Positions 51,586-64,000 of a stretch of 64,000 nucleotides of DNA are shown piece by piece (positions within the stretch are counted from its first letter, which is position 1; the number at the start of each line of letters is the position of its first letter). A program made the position numbers and the translations under genes. The stretch comes from Epiperipatus broadwayi (lineage: Eukaryota > Animalia > Onychophora): contig JAQFVV010000006.1 of the NCBI GenBank assembly GCA_028023455.1, positions 17,360,001-17,424,000 of the forward strand, in the 5' to 3' direction. Below the pieces are notes generated by a model. It saw only the letters and a program-made list of their open reading frames with translations. It had not been told where the DNA came from and made no database searches.

Positions 51586-52899
51586 ACAATACTGATTAAA
51601 TACTGTTTGCTTATAAAAATAGCTATAGAATTGATTTGAATGTTAACATTTTCTGTTATTAAATGGCTATTATATAGATTGGTAGTAATAACTAGATGAT
51701 CAGTTGCTAGAGAGGCCAAAGAACAATTGAGCATCACATTAATGAGGTGAGTCCAATATTCCATTCAAATGATCATTCTACCAACCACTAACTTGCAGTA
51801 GGGTTTCCTGGATTGATTCTTAGCTAAAAGTAAATTTTAAAACTATTTGTTGAACAATTAATTGAATTTTTAGACTCATCCTATTCTTTGATGTTCTTGA
51901 TCTCGCCAGCACCAACCGTACTTACAATTATTTTTATGAGACTGATATTTTTTTTTAAAACATTCTTTGTCTATTATCCTGAATATTGTTTATCAATATA
52001 TATATATATATGTTTACAAGACTGCCTGTAAACGCATACTCAATTCAAGATGTTCTAAAAATTATTTTAATGTAAATTTGAGTATGGGTTTCATAGGAGA
52101 TTCAGTCCTTGTTTATATTATAAAGATTATCTCGAAGACAATTTTAAAAATGACAATAGTTATTACTTTCATTGAAAAGTATGGCTGAGGATAGAATGCA
52201 ATGAAGAAAAAATTAGATAAGGTCTTGAAGTCTGTCAAAACCAAAATTTGATTGCAGAAGAAGTTAAAAGACAGCATTGCAAAATAATATATAAACAGTT
52301 CACTGACCATTATTGTTGTATTTGTTGTTTACAGATTGGCGTATGTTGTAATTTTAATAGTATAATATCTTTCTGTCTCTTTTGTTTCTCTCGGAATGGG
52401 AATAGCCATACCCATTTACGAACAGCTGAGATTTACTTCGAAAATTAAAGTATATTGTATTTATAATAAGTAATACTATTTATATTTTTTCTAATTATTG
52501 TATGTAATTATGGTACTAGTTTGAAAGTATTAACTCTTGTTAAAATGTAGTGTGTGTGTGTTTAGTTTTTTCTCTCGATATAATTTTAGATGAATTATAA
52601 TATTAGAATAATTCAACAATCTTAAAGTTGTTTTGTGATTAAAATAATATAGTTAATTCTTGGATAATTGGATAATCACATAGATAATCATATGCATGTT
52701 TTGTGGTTTAAATGTTATTAAGAATTACAGTATTACTTTTTTTCTAAATATAAAAAATGTTTACGTATCATTTTTAATTATTATCATTCCACTGCAGAAT
52801 GAAAGTTTCTCCATGCTTAAATCAGGTTTTTCTTCTTCACATGATTTCTGAAAACTTCCTATTATTTTTTTTTTGTCCTAGTTTTTTTTTTTTTAATAA

Positions 52900-53260
52900 T
52901 CTTAATAGGATACATCTGTTTCTATTCACAGATCAGGTTTGTTTACTCTTTTAATTTTTTTTAACGATAACAATACCTTTTCTTTTATCTTTTTGTTTTT
53001 CCCAATATATATTTCCAAACTTTGTTATGGGGTCTGAAGTCTTTCTTTGTATTGCTTCCCTGTTATATATCCAAGTCTGAAATTAATATATAAGAAGTAG
53101 TAAAATGTCTATTAAAAAGACATTTCTTTGAATATTAAATTATTTCTATCAAAATCATTTCATCCAAATTAAAATCTAGGATTAATTTTATCCGTTGTGA
53201 TTTCATGTGTATTAATAATCTGACCAAGATATTTGTAGCTGTTAATTTTTTGTTTAATTC
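52900..53260 (-). mobile_element. Degraded RTE-like fragment
   Basis: Minus strand reads SYKYLGQII...EI. Confidence 0.45.
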
Positions 53261-54099
53261 ATTACTTAAAATCCAGATCACTTGAATAAGAAAATATAAG
53301 CAATATATCTATCATGTGTACAACATTATTATCTTTGTATTTCGGTTTTAGATCTAATTTATTTGATGAATTCATACAGTATGATTTTTTTTTCTTTTCA
53401 GAATATAGTATGATATTAATAAGTGATTTCACAGTCAGTAAATTGTTTAGGGATTTCTCATTAAGAGAATCATCCATAAAATATCTAATATAGTAAGTAG
53501 TCATAATCTTGTATTTGTTTGGATTGTTTTAACTATGGATAAACAAGTTTAAACAGCTTATCGAGATGGTTTATAAGATTCTTGATCGTTTAACAAACAA
53601 ACAAAAATTTTAATTACTACTCATAAAACAGAATCAAATATACATCGGACTGCCTCGAATAAATTTTCCTGTGAAATGGTGATTTTTTTAATTTCCATGT
53701 TCACACATTTTGTTATTAATTTATTTTTATATCCAGAATAATAATTACAAATGTGATAAAGATACCTTTGTCATTTTGTATGTTTTGTAAAAATTTAGAC
53801 TTGTAGGGATACATTTGTAAACATTTACACAAGTCTAATTTAAGCAACATTACTCATTCAATTATAGCACCCATGATGTGTTTAGTAGGGATAGAAGAAA
53901 GCTCATGCACACTGATTCTTCAGATATTCAAAGCAGATTTACTTATTTATGGGTGTTTTACTTTCCTAGTTTCCATCAGTTTCATATTGTTGGCCATGGT
54001 GATGGCATTTTCACCATCTTTTAGGAAATAAGTAAAAGAAAAAAGCATGGAAATATTTATTAGCTAACTTTTTAAAATATATTTCAGTTGATAGTTTTT

Positions 54100-54180
54100 G
54101 CCACTAAACATCACATGATCACCATTTCTCTGGCTTGCACTGAGTGGCAATACGTATAGAGAGTTTTGCCTGTTTTGATA
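54100..54180 (+). mobile_element. Family C fragment with head-to-head inversion
   Basis: ccactaaacatcacatgatcaccat (inverted) joined to ctctgg...gtatagagagttttgcctgtttt. Confidence 0.7.
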
Positions 54181-55379
54181 GTTTTTGTTTATATAAAAGT
54201 TATTTAAAGACTATAATATATATAAATTAATAATTTAGCATTGGATTCTATATGTAATTACATAGAAGGAAATTAATCTTCTGACCTGTGGTTTGTTTTA
54301 GTGTATAAATCTACACACATTCACCCTTCAGTAAGAGTTTTAAAAACTCAAGGAAATCGATTGTGTTTAGAGTTTATTCTTATATAAACGAATCCTAACT
54401 GATGCGTAATTCAGGGTTTGATTATATGCTGTGCTTGATATTTTAATTAACAACTGAATTGTACAAATTTTGTTGATTTATCGCTGGAGAGGGAAAGTTT
54501 CTCATTTTTAATTACCTGCAGTCAAACATATTTTAGTATAAAATGACTTTTGTATTTTACATTATTATGCTTTCCATATTTGAACCAAATATGTGCTAAC
54601 AAAATCTGAATCTAAATATCATACAATTATAAAATATATAAATTATTAACTTTCAATTTCATGATTTAAACAACTGGTGAGATTGTGACAATGCAAACAT
54701 TATTTTTAAATATATTGCCACATTATTTGAAAATATATCTATATTGCTTTGCTTTCTACTTTTCTTTGTATGATACTGACGTATAGCATTTAGTTTTTAA
54801 TTATTGGGTGTGTTCTGATCTATTGTGTGCTAAATTGCTAGAAATATGCTGTTTCTGTGGCCACATCTAAGCAGATAGGTTTCTTTCTACGATAAAACAC
54901 AGAAAGAGTCCATTTACTCGGCTACCACTGTGGCTTTTTTCTATGCTAAAAGCACAGAAAAATGCCTTCATTGGCTGCTGTACTTGCTTGTGTTACACGC
55001 TTTATCGAAATGATGGGTTGTATATTTTCACTACAGTATCATGTAAAGTGTGTTGACTTAATCATGTAAATAATTTAACTTTTCAGCTCCACCTTTTTTT
55101 GTTTCATGTGAACTGACCTATTGCTGCTTCTAAGAGTTTTAACAGTGTCGTCACTGTTCCCTCAGAACTGTGTTAGCATCACAAGTTGGATTTTAGGGTG
55201 GGGCACAGCACTATTTCGAAAATCATAATGAAAGTAACGTATCATGATAAATCATCCTAAACAGGGAAGTTGGCTGCTTCGAAGTCTCAAAATTTCCAAT
55301 TGCCAGACACCAGAGTCAGATTTTATTATAATAGTTTGTTATAATTATTAATAAGTTTATAGGGTAAATTGCAATTGAA

Positions 55380-55850
55380 TTTAGTCCCCCTCCCCTAAAT
55401 GCAGTGTCTGATTGATTACTGTTCAAAAAAGGGTAAAATGTAATATAATGTTTTATTAACAAAAACTACTGTAACTTTCCCCATATGGAAAAAAACCCCC
55501 AAAGATGCCCATCTCAGATTTATTACTGTCCAAATAAGTCTTCGCTATATTTACTATTATTTGTTATTTAAAAAGTAACTTAATTTCATGTATGTATATA
55601 CACACACACAAAAGAGTGCAATGAAATTTCTCTCACCCACATGGTGTCTGATTAATTACTATTCAAAAAAGGTAAAATTTATTTTCATTTTGTATTAAAA
55701 AATTACTGTAACTTTTTGCGATACGCAAAATAAAAAAACCCAAAGAAGCCCGTCTCTGATTAATTAATGTCCAAATTTAATTACTGTCCCAAAAAGATCA
55801 AAGTCGGCTTTCATTGTAAAATTTTGATTAATTACTGTCCCAAAAAGTCT
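55380..55850. repeat. Diverged ~240-bp tandem duplication containing gattaattactgtcc(c)aaa subrepeats
   Basis: gtgtctgatt.attact.ttcaaaaaa at 55404 and 55644; motif recurs at 55516, 55757-55797 and 55824. Confidence 0.75.
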
Positions 55851-57904
55851 GCTTACAATTTTATGTTTTGTTTGAATTTTTTTAATTTTATGGACATCAT
55901 AGTTTTATAGAATCTCTGGCCAGGAAATGTTATATCAATGTGTTTTTGCTTAGCATCAACACCATCAAGCAGCTGACACAATAGATCAGAACACTACCTA
56001 ATTAATATATCAATATACATTTCAATCCAAGTTTTTATCCTGAAACTACAATTAAGCTGAATGATTGTAGTGCCACATATAAAATGATTCATGTGGTCTT
56101 TTACAAGGTTAATCCTCAAGCTCTTTCATGATTTAAAAATTCTTATACTATCTCTTATTTTCATTGTTAAATTAGAATATTTAAAGTCTTTAACCTTTTC
56201 TTTTTTCTTATTTGGAAAATCCTATTTGCAACATTTTATTTTTACAATTTTCTATATCATATATTCATAATCTTTACATTATTTATTACAAACCTAAGTC
56301 TTAAAATGATAGGCATTCTAAAAGTTAATATTTGAACTTTGCAAAATAGATGAAAATGAAGTACTAAATGATGTTTTTAGTTATAATAATGATGTTTTTG
56401 ATTATTAAACAAGTAAAAATTGTAGAATAAAATAATCCTTATTTGAATTCATTTTTATAATAGAAACAAATTTTAGTTTAGACATCATTAAAAAATGAAA
56501 TTATGTCTTAAAATTCAAAATTAAATTTATTCTTATTGACTACCTAAATTTCTTAACTGGTGTTTATTAAAGCCATTTTTGTTAGTTAGTAATAATTGCT
56601 TCCACTTCTCTGTAACTAAGTTTTTATGACCTGTCTTTTTAAAAGCAAACATTTTCAAATAAAATTTAATTGTAGATATGTGGGTTTTTAGTTTAAAATA
56701 AATATTTTACAAATATATCACATAAATAAGTTTAAATCTATAAATAAATAACTGAAAATTACAATTTTTTTTTTGAAACATCATCTTCAAAAAATATCTC
56801 TAGGGCAAACAATTTACCAATCACAAATTGTTACTTGTATCGGGATTAAAATATGGTGTTTCTCAGTTTGTTCTATATGCAAATTAACATTCTATTTTGC
56901 TAGAGATCTGTATGATACTGACATCAGCTTTTTTTTTAAAACGAATAATTTTAATAAATGATTTCTACTCAGTAAAAAAAACTGCATATGGTAAATTAGT
57001 CTTATAGATAACTGCAAAATATTAAAGAAAATTTTAAAGCAATAGCAGTGCCATTTTAATGCCAAAACACCTTAAAATAAATGATTATGTAGCTACTAAA
57101 TCAGAACATATTCAATAGTTGTTAATCATTTAATTCTCTTTGTAGTATAATTTGTATAATAATTAGAAGATTGCCACAGACTTTTAGATGTAAATATGAA
57201 TAAATTTTTATGTGATTTCTCCAAGTATTTTTTAGATAAATTTTAGTTATGCTGTAATCAGACTAAGCACTAATTAAAAATTGCCAATTGAAATCTTATC
57301 ATGTAAACTAGCTATAAGTTAAAAGGAGTTCCACTTATTTAGCCCAATCACTAACAATTCCATGGTCAATGGCAGTTTCAGTTGTTTTTATAATTAAACC
57401 TTTATTTTATATTGTATTTTAATAATCTACATATTCATTACAAATATAAGTTTGCAAATGAAAAACATTCTAAAAATTAATATTTGAACTTTGCAAAAAA
57501 GAAAAATAAAGTGCTAACTAAATTGAATACTTTACAATAACAGTGGTTCTTTTCATATTGAACAAAACTTTCACCCATTTATAAGAAATATTGAACAAAA
57601 TATTTATTATTTGAATTCAATTTTAAAAATAAAAACCAAATTTTAGTTGTCACAACATAAATTAATGAAAATATGCTATAAAATTTTAAATTACACATTA
57701 AAATTTCACAAAAACTTTCTTCAGCCAAATATATGGAAAGCAGCAAATAATAATAACTTTTGTTTCACCATAATTACAGTTTTAACACCTTGCCTTCTTA
57801 AAAACAAACAACATCTTTCCATAATACTAAAAGAAAAAGCCTGCTGTCAAAATCCAGGGGCTGAATTTGGAAATTTGCATGATATCTCTATGGTACTAAC
57901 ATCT

Positions 57905-58180
57905 TAAACAAGGCAAAACTCATCATACAGTAGTGTCACCCTGTGCTAACCAGAGCAATCAATGGATGCCTGAAGGCTTGTGCATAAAATCCCTATCTAG
58001 TGTCACAAGCCAGAAACTAGTCTGGGGATATTGGATGAGTAGGTACTAAATAGGGATTTTATGCACAAGCCTTCTGGTATCCATTGATTGCTCTGGTTGG
58101 CACAGGGTGGCACTACTGTATAGAGAGTTTTGCCTTGTTTGATAACAATTATGTGCTAGTATAAGAGATAGTGATCATGG
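57905..58180. mobile_element. Family C head-to-head foldback (arms about 90 bp) containing the 3' half of the HHR
   Basis: 57905-57996 is inverted relative to about 58050-58140; the plus copy begins cacaagccaGAAACTAGTCtggggatattggat at 58004. Confidence 0.85.
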
Positions 58181-60017
58181 TACTAACATCTTCACTTTCT
58201 GTTTAAAGTAATAATTTCAGTTTCTATTATCACCAAAAAAAAAAAAAAAAAGCAAACCCCAAAATTAACTTAGATAACCACAAAAGAGCAAAAAAATAAA
58301 CCCATCCAAATGATAGCACTATCACCACAATCCCAAAAATGTATACTTAGCTGCTACTAGTTGGGAAGTGATTACATGTAAATCAGACAAATATTATTGA
58401 TAAATGGCATAAATTTCAGTTGGCAATGCCAATTATTAATTGATATTGTGCTGGATTACATTGGAGTGGAAATTTATCTAAAAAATTATATGAAGAAATA
58501 GCATTATTATTAATCAACCCTTCTAAACATGCACTGAATAGATTTAATCACTTAAGAAATACTCTCCTTTCTAAACACAAGATAAAGTCTTTTGCGCATG
58601 TGTGGAGGGGTGATTCCCTGATGATTGTTACAAATTAAAAACAGCACTATATAAACAAATAACATATCACATACATTAATATTTATGTATATTTTACTAT
58701 TGCTTATCATTTATTGTTATTTAATCATTATATATCATGGTTATTAATCATTTACTCTCCATGAATATTGTTTCATTTTATTATGAGGGAGTTTGACACT
58801 GACTGTTCCAAATAAAATAAAAAATCTACATAGACTATTTTCTGACTTACTGAATTTGTACTGTTAGTATATCTCCTCTCTTCTTTTATATGTAATTCTT
58901 TCTACTTTATTTATAATGTATTTATTTTCTTTTAGATTATCTTTGCTAAGAGACTGTAATAAGCAATGCACAGTCAATATGGCTTTTTCTTTGCCTTAAT
59001 TCTTTAACTCAGAAATATTGTCTTTCATATTTATTAACATTTCAAACTTTACTAAAACTTTACAGAAGATGTAATTTTTTTTCATGTAAGAATAATTTTC
59101 ACAGTCAAGATTTCATTCCTTAACATATTGGTATTTATTTTATGTTTAAACAGCTTGAGAACAATATTAATTTTTTCAATTATTTTTATTATATTTTAAT
59201 AATAATTTGTTACAATTTCATATGAAATTAATACTTCTGAGTTAATAGCATTTTAGAAAATTTTGTTGAAAGATTGAACTTCTCATGCTTGTAACCCCCC
59301 CCCTCCCAAGTAGTGTATCGTTGACACATTTATTTGGACTGAATCACACAAATCAATTTATCTCTAATAGTTTTCAATTGCATCTGTCTTGTTTGTGATT
59401 TTTCATTCTTGAGAATGTGATGTACAATTTTAAAATAAATTTAACATTGGTTTTGACACTAACCTTAAATTTGTATTTACTTGCCTGGTAAAATAGATGA
59501 GATAAATATGAATAAAAGATTGACACTGAATCAAGAGATTACTACTGATTGATGCAAGTTGCTATTGCGATATCTGGCTGTGATAGTTTATCTGGATAGA
59601 AGTGTTGTATGATACAATTACTGTTGTATACCTATTACAGAGTACATTTTGACAGAAAGAATAATTGATAAAATACATGAATAGAAGGATTAAAAATAGT
59701 AACATGATCAATATAGAAATAAAAAGTTAATTTGACAAGGAAAGAGTGTGGAGTCTCAAAGAATATTATGTGTTATATTATACACTACAAGGTTTACAAT
59801 ACCATTGTTATGAAAGCTTTTTTTTATCAATTGTTCCCAAATTTTTAAAGATTGATTAGAAATTATAAAAGCAGATTTTGTTTTATGTGAAAGATGTAAT
59901 AGACATCAGTATTAATTGTGCTGTTTTTATACTCAATAAAGAAACATGGAATTTGTTTTCTGGCCAGATAGAAATCAATCAATTCCAATTTTTAATCAAT
60001 CTTAGCTTGGCTGTGTA

Positions 60018-60965
60018 TGAGGGGGTACCCAAAAATAACCAGAATTTTCTAATAAAAAAAATATGTATCTATTTTTACGTCTTACAAATTGAATTCCTTT
60101 CAAAGTATTGTCAATTTAATGCAATGCACCAATAGGAACTTGTTTTTTATTTTTCAAAATAGTCCAGAAACTCTTGCAAAGAGATGACTTTTAGGGCCTC
60201 CTCCATTTTTTCTTCTTCACCACTTCATCCGCAAAAAACAAATTAGGCATTTTTCATTTGAGAAAATAAAAAGAAGCCACACATAGTGAAATTGAGCAAA
60301 TATGGCTGATGGATAAGCTGTATCATGCTAAATTTATTTTTAAAATTATTTCACATTCAAGGCTTGGTGCACTAGTGCATTAAAGTGAAGATTGCACTCC
60401 TTACTTTGACACAAACACTTTACCATATCAGTCAAAACTTTCGGAACTTGGTAGGTTTTAAAAGCCTGACCATTACACATAAATTCCGAATGAACCATTT
60501 GGTAATTAGCATCATCTTGACATTGAACTTCAACCACCATGCATTTTTGGAGATATGGTGAATTTGATCCTTCCATTAAACTATTCATAAATTTGTGTTT
60601 TTCTCAGAGCAATTTGGTTGTAAATTGTATCAAGCATTACAACTGTTTTCCTTCCCATTTTCCCTAAAAGGAAACTGAATATCCTGTTATTCCAGCTTTT
60701 CAGCCTTTACAAAAAACCACAAATACTCGAAACACATTTTACAAAAAAATGTGTGGCATGACATCATTATTCAACAAAAAGTATTCTTAATACTCATCAT
60801 TTGCATATGTGTGAACCAATGATAACAATTTGCTATCAGAATTTCTATGAATATAAGATTTTGATGCAGAAGGATCCTCACCAGAGGTATCTAGAAGCAG
60901 ACGCAGGCATTCCAACAGGCATGACTACTAGAGAATGATTCTGTTTATTTTTAGGTATTCCCTTA
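60018..60965 (-). mobile_element. Mariner-like transposon, internally deleted and degraded, TA TSD
   Basis: TIRs tgagggggtacccaaaaataa / ttatttttaggtattccctta with TA on both sides; minus-strand remnants VHSEF...GQ, LHFNALVH (LHHDNAPAH-like), HQPY...CGFFLF..MK and YFE. Confidence 0.85.
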
Positions 60966-61299
60966 TATGTATGTATACATATATAAAGAAGATATTTGTT
61001 TCATTTGCAAGTGACAAATATAATGTAATATCATTAATGTATTGCTTTTATATAATTAGTAAGCACATGCTTAATTATATTTTGCTTTTTTTTTTTTAAC
61101 TAATTGAGTTATGTTAAGTATAACAAATGATTTGGACCACCAACTGTCCACCAAAAAGCTAATTATGATCTATGATTTTAGGACAAGAGTTCAATGCCCA
61201 TAAATATGATGTGTCTCTCCTATGAGTTGTAAAAGTCGTATATTAAAATCATATTTATTTTTATAATTAGCTTGGGAACTTTAGCTAAAAATAGTCAGA

Positions 61300-61430
61300 T
61301 ACCCATTAACTGGTCACGTTTGGTTGGCTGTACCCGAAAGAAAAAAACCTAAGCCTATCTATGATTTTAAAAAAGGGTGCATAAGCAGATTTAAATATCA
61401 GGTCACGCGTAACATGGCAGAATGGTGAGC
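61300..61430 (+). promoter_or_regulatory. Candidate CpG-retaining promoter and tiny first coding exon (ATG GCA GAA TG|gtgag, 61414-61424)
   Basis: Two ggtcacg motifs, acgcgt, aacATGGC start context and donor gtgagc at 61425; CpG is locally elevated to about 62050; next exon not identified. Confidence 0.35.
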
Positions 61431-62367
61431 TATTACTGGCCCAAGAAGATTTTTGTAAATATATTAGATATTTTATAATAGCTTATTTCTGAATTGCAAA
61501 TTCTGAGAATCTTCTACTAACGCAGGTCTCACCAAATCTGTAACTTAGCTATATATTGTAAATACGGAATATGGATATGTGTGTGTATCTACATATCGTA
61601 AATATGCGTAGTAATTATATGTATATTATGTATGCAGAAAGCATGTTTGCGTGGATAATATTGATTTTTATTTTTTTGGCAGTAATTATTTAAAAAAAAA
61701 ATTTTTTTTTAATTGTAAAATTGGTTGTCAATTCTGATTTGTGATGGTAAATTGTACCAGATAATAGACTAGCGCGAAGTTTTGTTTAGATGGTTATCAA
61801 GACTTGTAAAAGGTTCTCTGGTGTGATTAGCGAAAGAAGGCAAATTGGCCAGAAATACCCAAAGCTTCACAGAATCCTACACATCTGATGAGACCTTAGG
61901 GAAACATTAGCAAAAACCATTTTATCATTCCTGGTTCTGCAGCGTGCTTAGGTCGCCTTCTGCCTTATTTTCCCCGATTTATTAAACCGTGAATATTAAG
62001 AGCAAGACCGGGGTCTATTTTTTTTTTTTTTTTTATTCACTAACTTTTGGAAAGAAATGAAAGTATTGAAATCAAACTGACTGCATTTATTATTTTACGT
62101 ATGTGTGTGTGTGTGTGTTTTAATGAATGCATGTAAATTATATATCTTTATCAATGGTCTAAATGAATTTTAAAATTAAATTATTACAGATGTTTGTCAT
62201 ATGTATATGCACGTGTTTGTAAATATATATAAACATGTATATTTTAATAAAAGTTAGCGAGGGGGGTAATTATCCAATAACAGAATTTGATTATTATTTA
62301 TTATAAATTATTTTTAACATCTAATAAATAAATTTGTGTAGATTTTTCTATTTTACTTATCAATATT

Positions 62368-62687
62368 TAATTATAAGGTACTTAAACTCGAATTTTCAAG
62401 CTCTCTATATCTATCCAATCTATCTTATATGACTAATACAGATGACCACATACATGTGAAAAAGATAAATGATCTCCAATATCCATATTTCGTGCTGAAC
62501 CAGCACTCATCAGTTAACCCAGATCACCATCTCCCACACATATATACAATCAGTGCTCAGCATGAAATACGTATATTGGAGATCATCTATCTTTTTCACA
62601 TGTATGTAGTCATGTGTATCAGTTGTATAAGATAGATTGGATAGATTTAGGGAGCTTGAAAAGTCGAGTTCAAATCCCTTATAATTA
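62368..62687. mobile_element. Family A head-to-head foldback (arms about 135 bp)
   Basis: 62368-62507 is inverted relative to 62552-62687; both arms carry HHR sequence; 3' gagttcaaatccc. Confidence 0.88.
62470..62526 (-). ncRNA. Type I hammerhead ribozyme, family A (core intact, stem III mutated)
   Basis: tgatct-ggg-ttaa-CTGATGA(62513-62507)-gtgctg-gtt-cagcac-GAA-ATATGGAT-A^ttgg-agatca; the opposite arm retains the palindrome ATACGTAT (62567-74). Confidence 0.75.
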
Positions 62688-62894
62688 CATTAATGTTACT
62701 AGAGACAATATACATATATTTAAATATTATGCAATATTTTTGCATAAATAAATAAGTTTATTCTATTGGAGTTTTTAATCATTGTATTAATAATAGATGG
62801 TTGTCATCTAATATTTTATGTAAATCTTTAAAATAAAATAAACATTCTCATCAACAGCTATCCTGTTTAAAGTAATAATAGACCACCTTAGAAG

Positions 62895-64000
62895 AAAAAT
62901 AGGGTCCATTGTTTTGCAATTGGATATAAGGTCTGCATTTGATTCAGTTCCTATATCTAAATTACTACACTTACTTAAAGAATATACTATACTAATCCCA
63001 TACCTCTACATATTGGCAAATCTACTTATAAATAGAGAAGTTTTCATCACACTCAATGGAAAAACACTCTCTGGATTTCATCCACATAATTCTATTCCTC
63101 AAGGCTCCCCACCCTCTCTCTGCTCTCTTCACAGCTTATATCAACCCCTTTCTTTTGAAAATAGAAAGCAAAATTCAAGGAAAACATATTCCTATAATTA
63201 ATCAAACCATTAACCACATCTCCTATATGAATGCTTAGTTATTTTTCTCCCATCAAAGAAAACTCCTTCCTTTACTCTCATTGCACTTAATATTTATACT
63301 AACAATTTTTCAATCCACTTAAAATAAAAACAAATCTTCTACTTGGAATATTCTTATAGCTGAGACCATTCCTTTCAATTTTACCTCTGTTCCTCATAAA
63401 TTTTTAGGTTTCCTAATGCATCTCTATATAATGCAATGAAAACTATTATTCAAAATCAGCTTATTGTTTTGGTTGAAAGCACTATCAATGTATTATCCAA
63501 AGTGTACCTTTCAATATATGCTATGGTACCACTAATCAACATTTTAATATTTCCTAAAATTAATGATTTCTTATCCATTATTAAGTTTACTTCCTTATTT
63601 AAAAGAAAATACTCTTTTATCACCAAAGTAGTCTGGAATAAAGAATCAGTAGTTCTAAGCATAAGAAATATGCAAAAGCATCTTAAATTCCATGGTCTCT
63701 CATTACATGGCATTTCTACATTTTATCTTCAGAGAGCCATTAATGAAATAACTAAACTAATTAATTTTTTCCCAGGTGTTAATAGTGTAATTCCTGTTAA
63801 TCCTACTGATACTCCACCACTCATTAAGGGTTAATACTTCTCATAAGTAAACACACTACTCTCTCCCATAATCTATTTCTAAATAAAAATAACTATTGGC
63901 AAATATATGTAATCGAAAATTGTTATGTAGTAACAAATACTTGTAAAAAAGTTCAGATATTGACACCGGGAATCCACCTATCTGGATTTCTTAATAAATG
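62895..64000 (+). mobile_element. Degraded L1/Tx1-type LINE RT fragment related to the 12.7-15.9 kb element
   Basis: QLDIRSAFDSV, SIPQGSP, LFTAYINP, HISYM, LSKVYLSI and PVNPTDTPP in ORFs 62914..63834. Confidence 0.85.

Noticed and set aside
53635-53660. IYIG peptide resembling GIY-YIG
   Set aside because: Isolated 4-residue match with no surrounding ORF
57905-58145. MITE interpretation of the long inverted repeats (also 20.7 and 62.4 kb)
   Set aside because: Arms are unequal, end at different positions in different copies, lack fixed TSDs and are internal parts of HHR-bearing units
61885-61910. CTGATGA-gaccttagg-GAAAC hammerhead-like motif
   Set aside because: Stem II incomplete, no NUH triplet and no stem I partner

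Overview
Very AT-rich (roughly 25-30% GC by eye) metazoan genomic DNA, probably arthropod (inference). It is mostly intronic or intergenic and dense in decayed mobile elements. L1/Tx1-type LINEs: a nearly intact ORF2 at 12.7-15.9 kb (minus) plus three degraded relatives. RTE-BovB-like LINEs: many copies with (GAT)n tails. A second APE-RT-CCHC LINE family has (CATCA)n tails. Also present are mariner and hAT non-autonomous DNA transposons and a tRNA-Gly-derived SINE. Host coding sequence is limited to tentative calls: two terminal exons at 6.4-6.7 kb (minus) and a possible promoter plus first exon at 61.4 kb. The main observation is a set of small non-coding repeats that carry type I hammerhead ribozyme (HHR) motifs with palindromic, dimer-type stem III. 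About nine loci fall into three or four families. They show partial-tandem units of about 350-460 nt, a recurrent head-to-head inversion and, in one case, a 13-bp target-site duplication (TSD). This matches non-LTR retrozyme / Penelope-associated HHR elements. The youngest copy (41276-41867) retains an intact catalytic core. All calls were made by eye, with no database searches, and most element boundaries are approximate.
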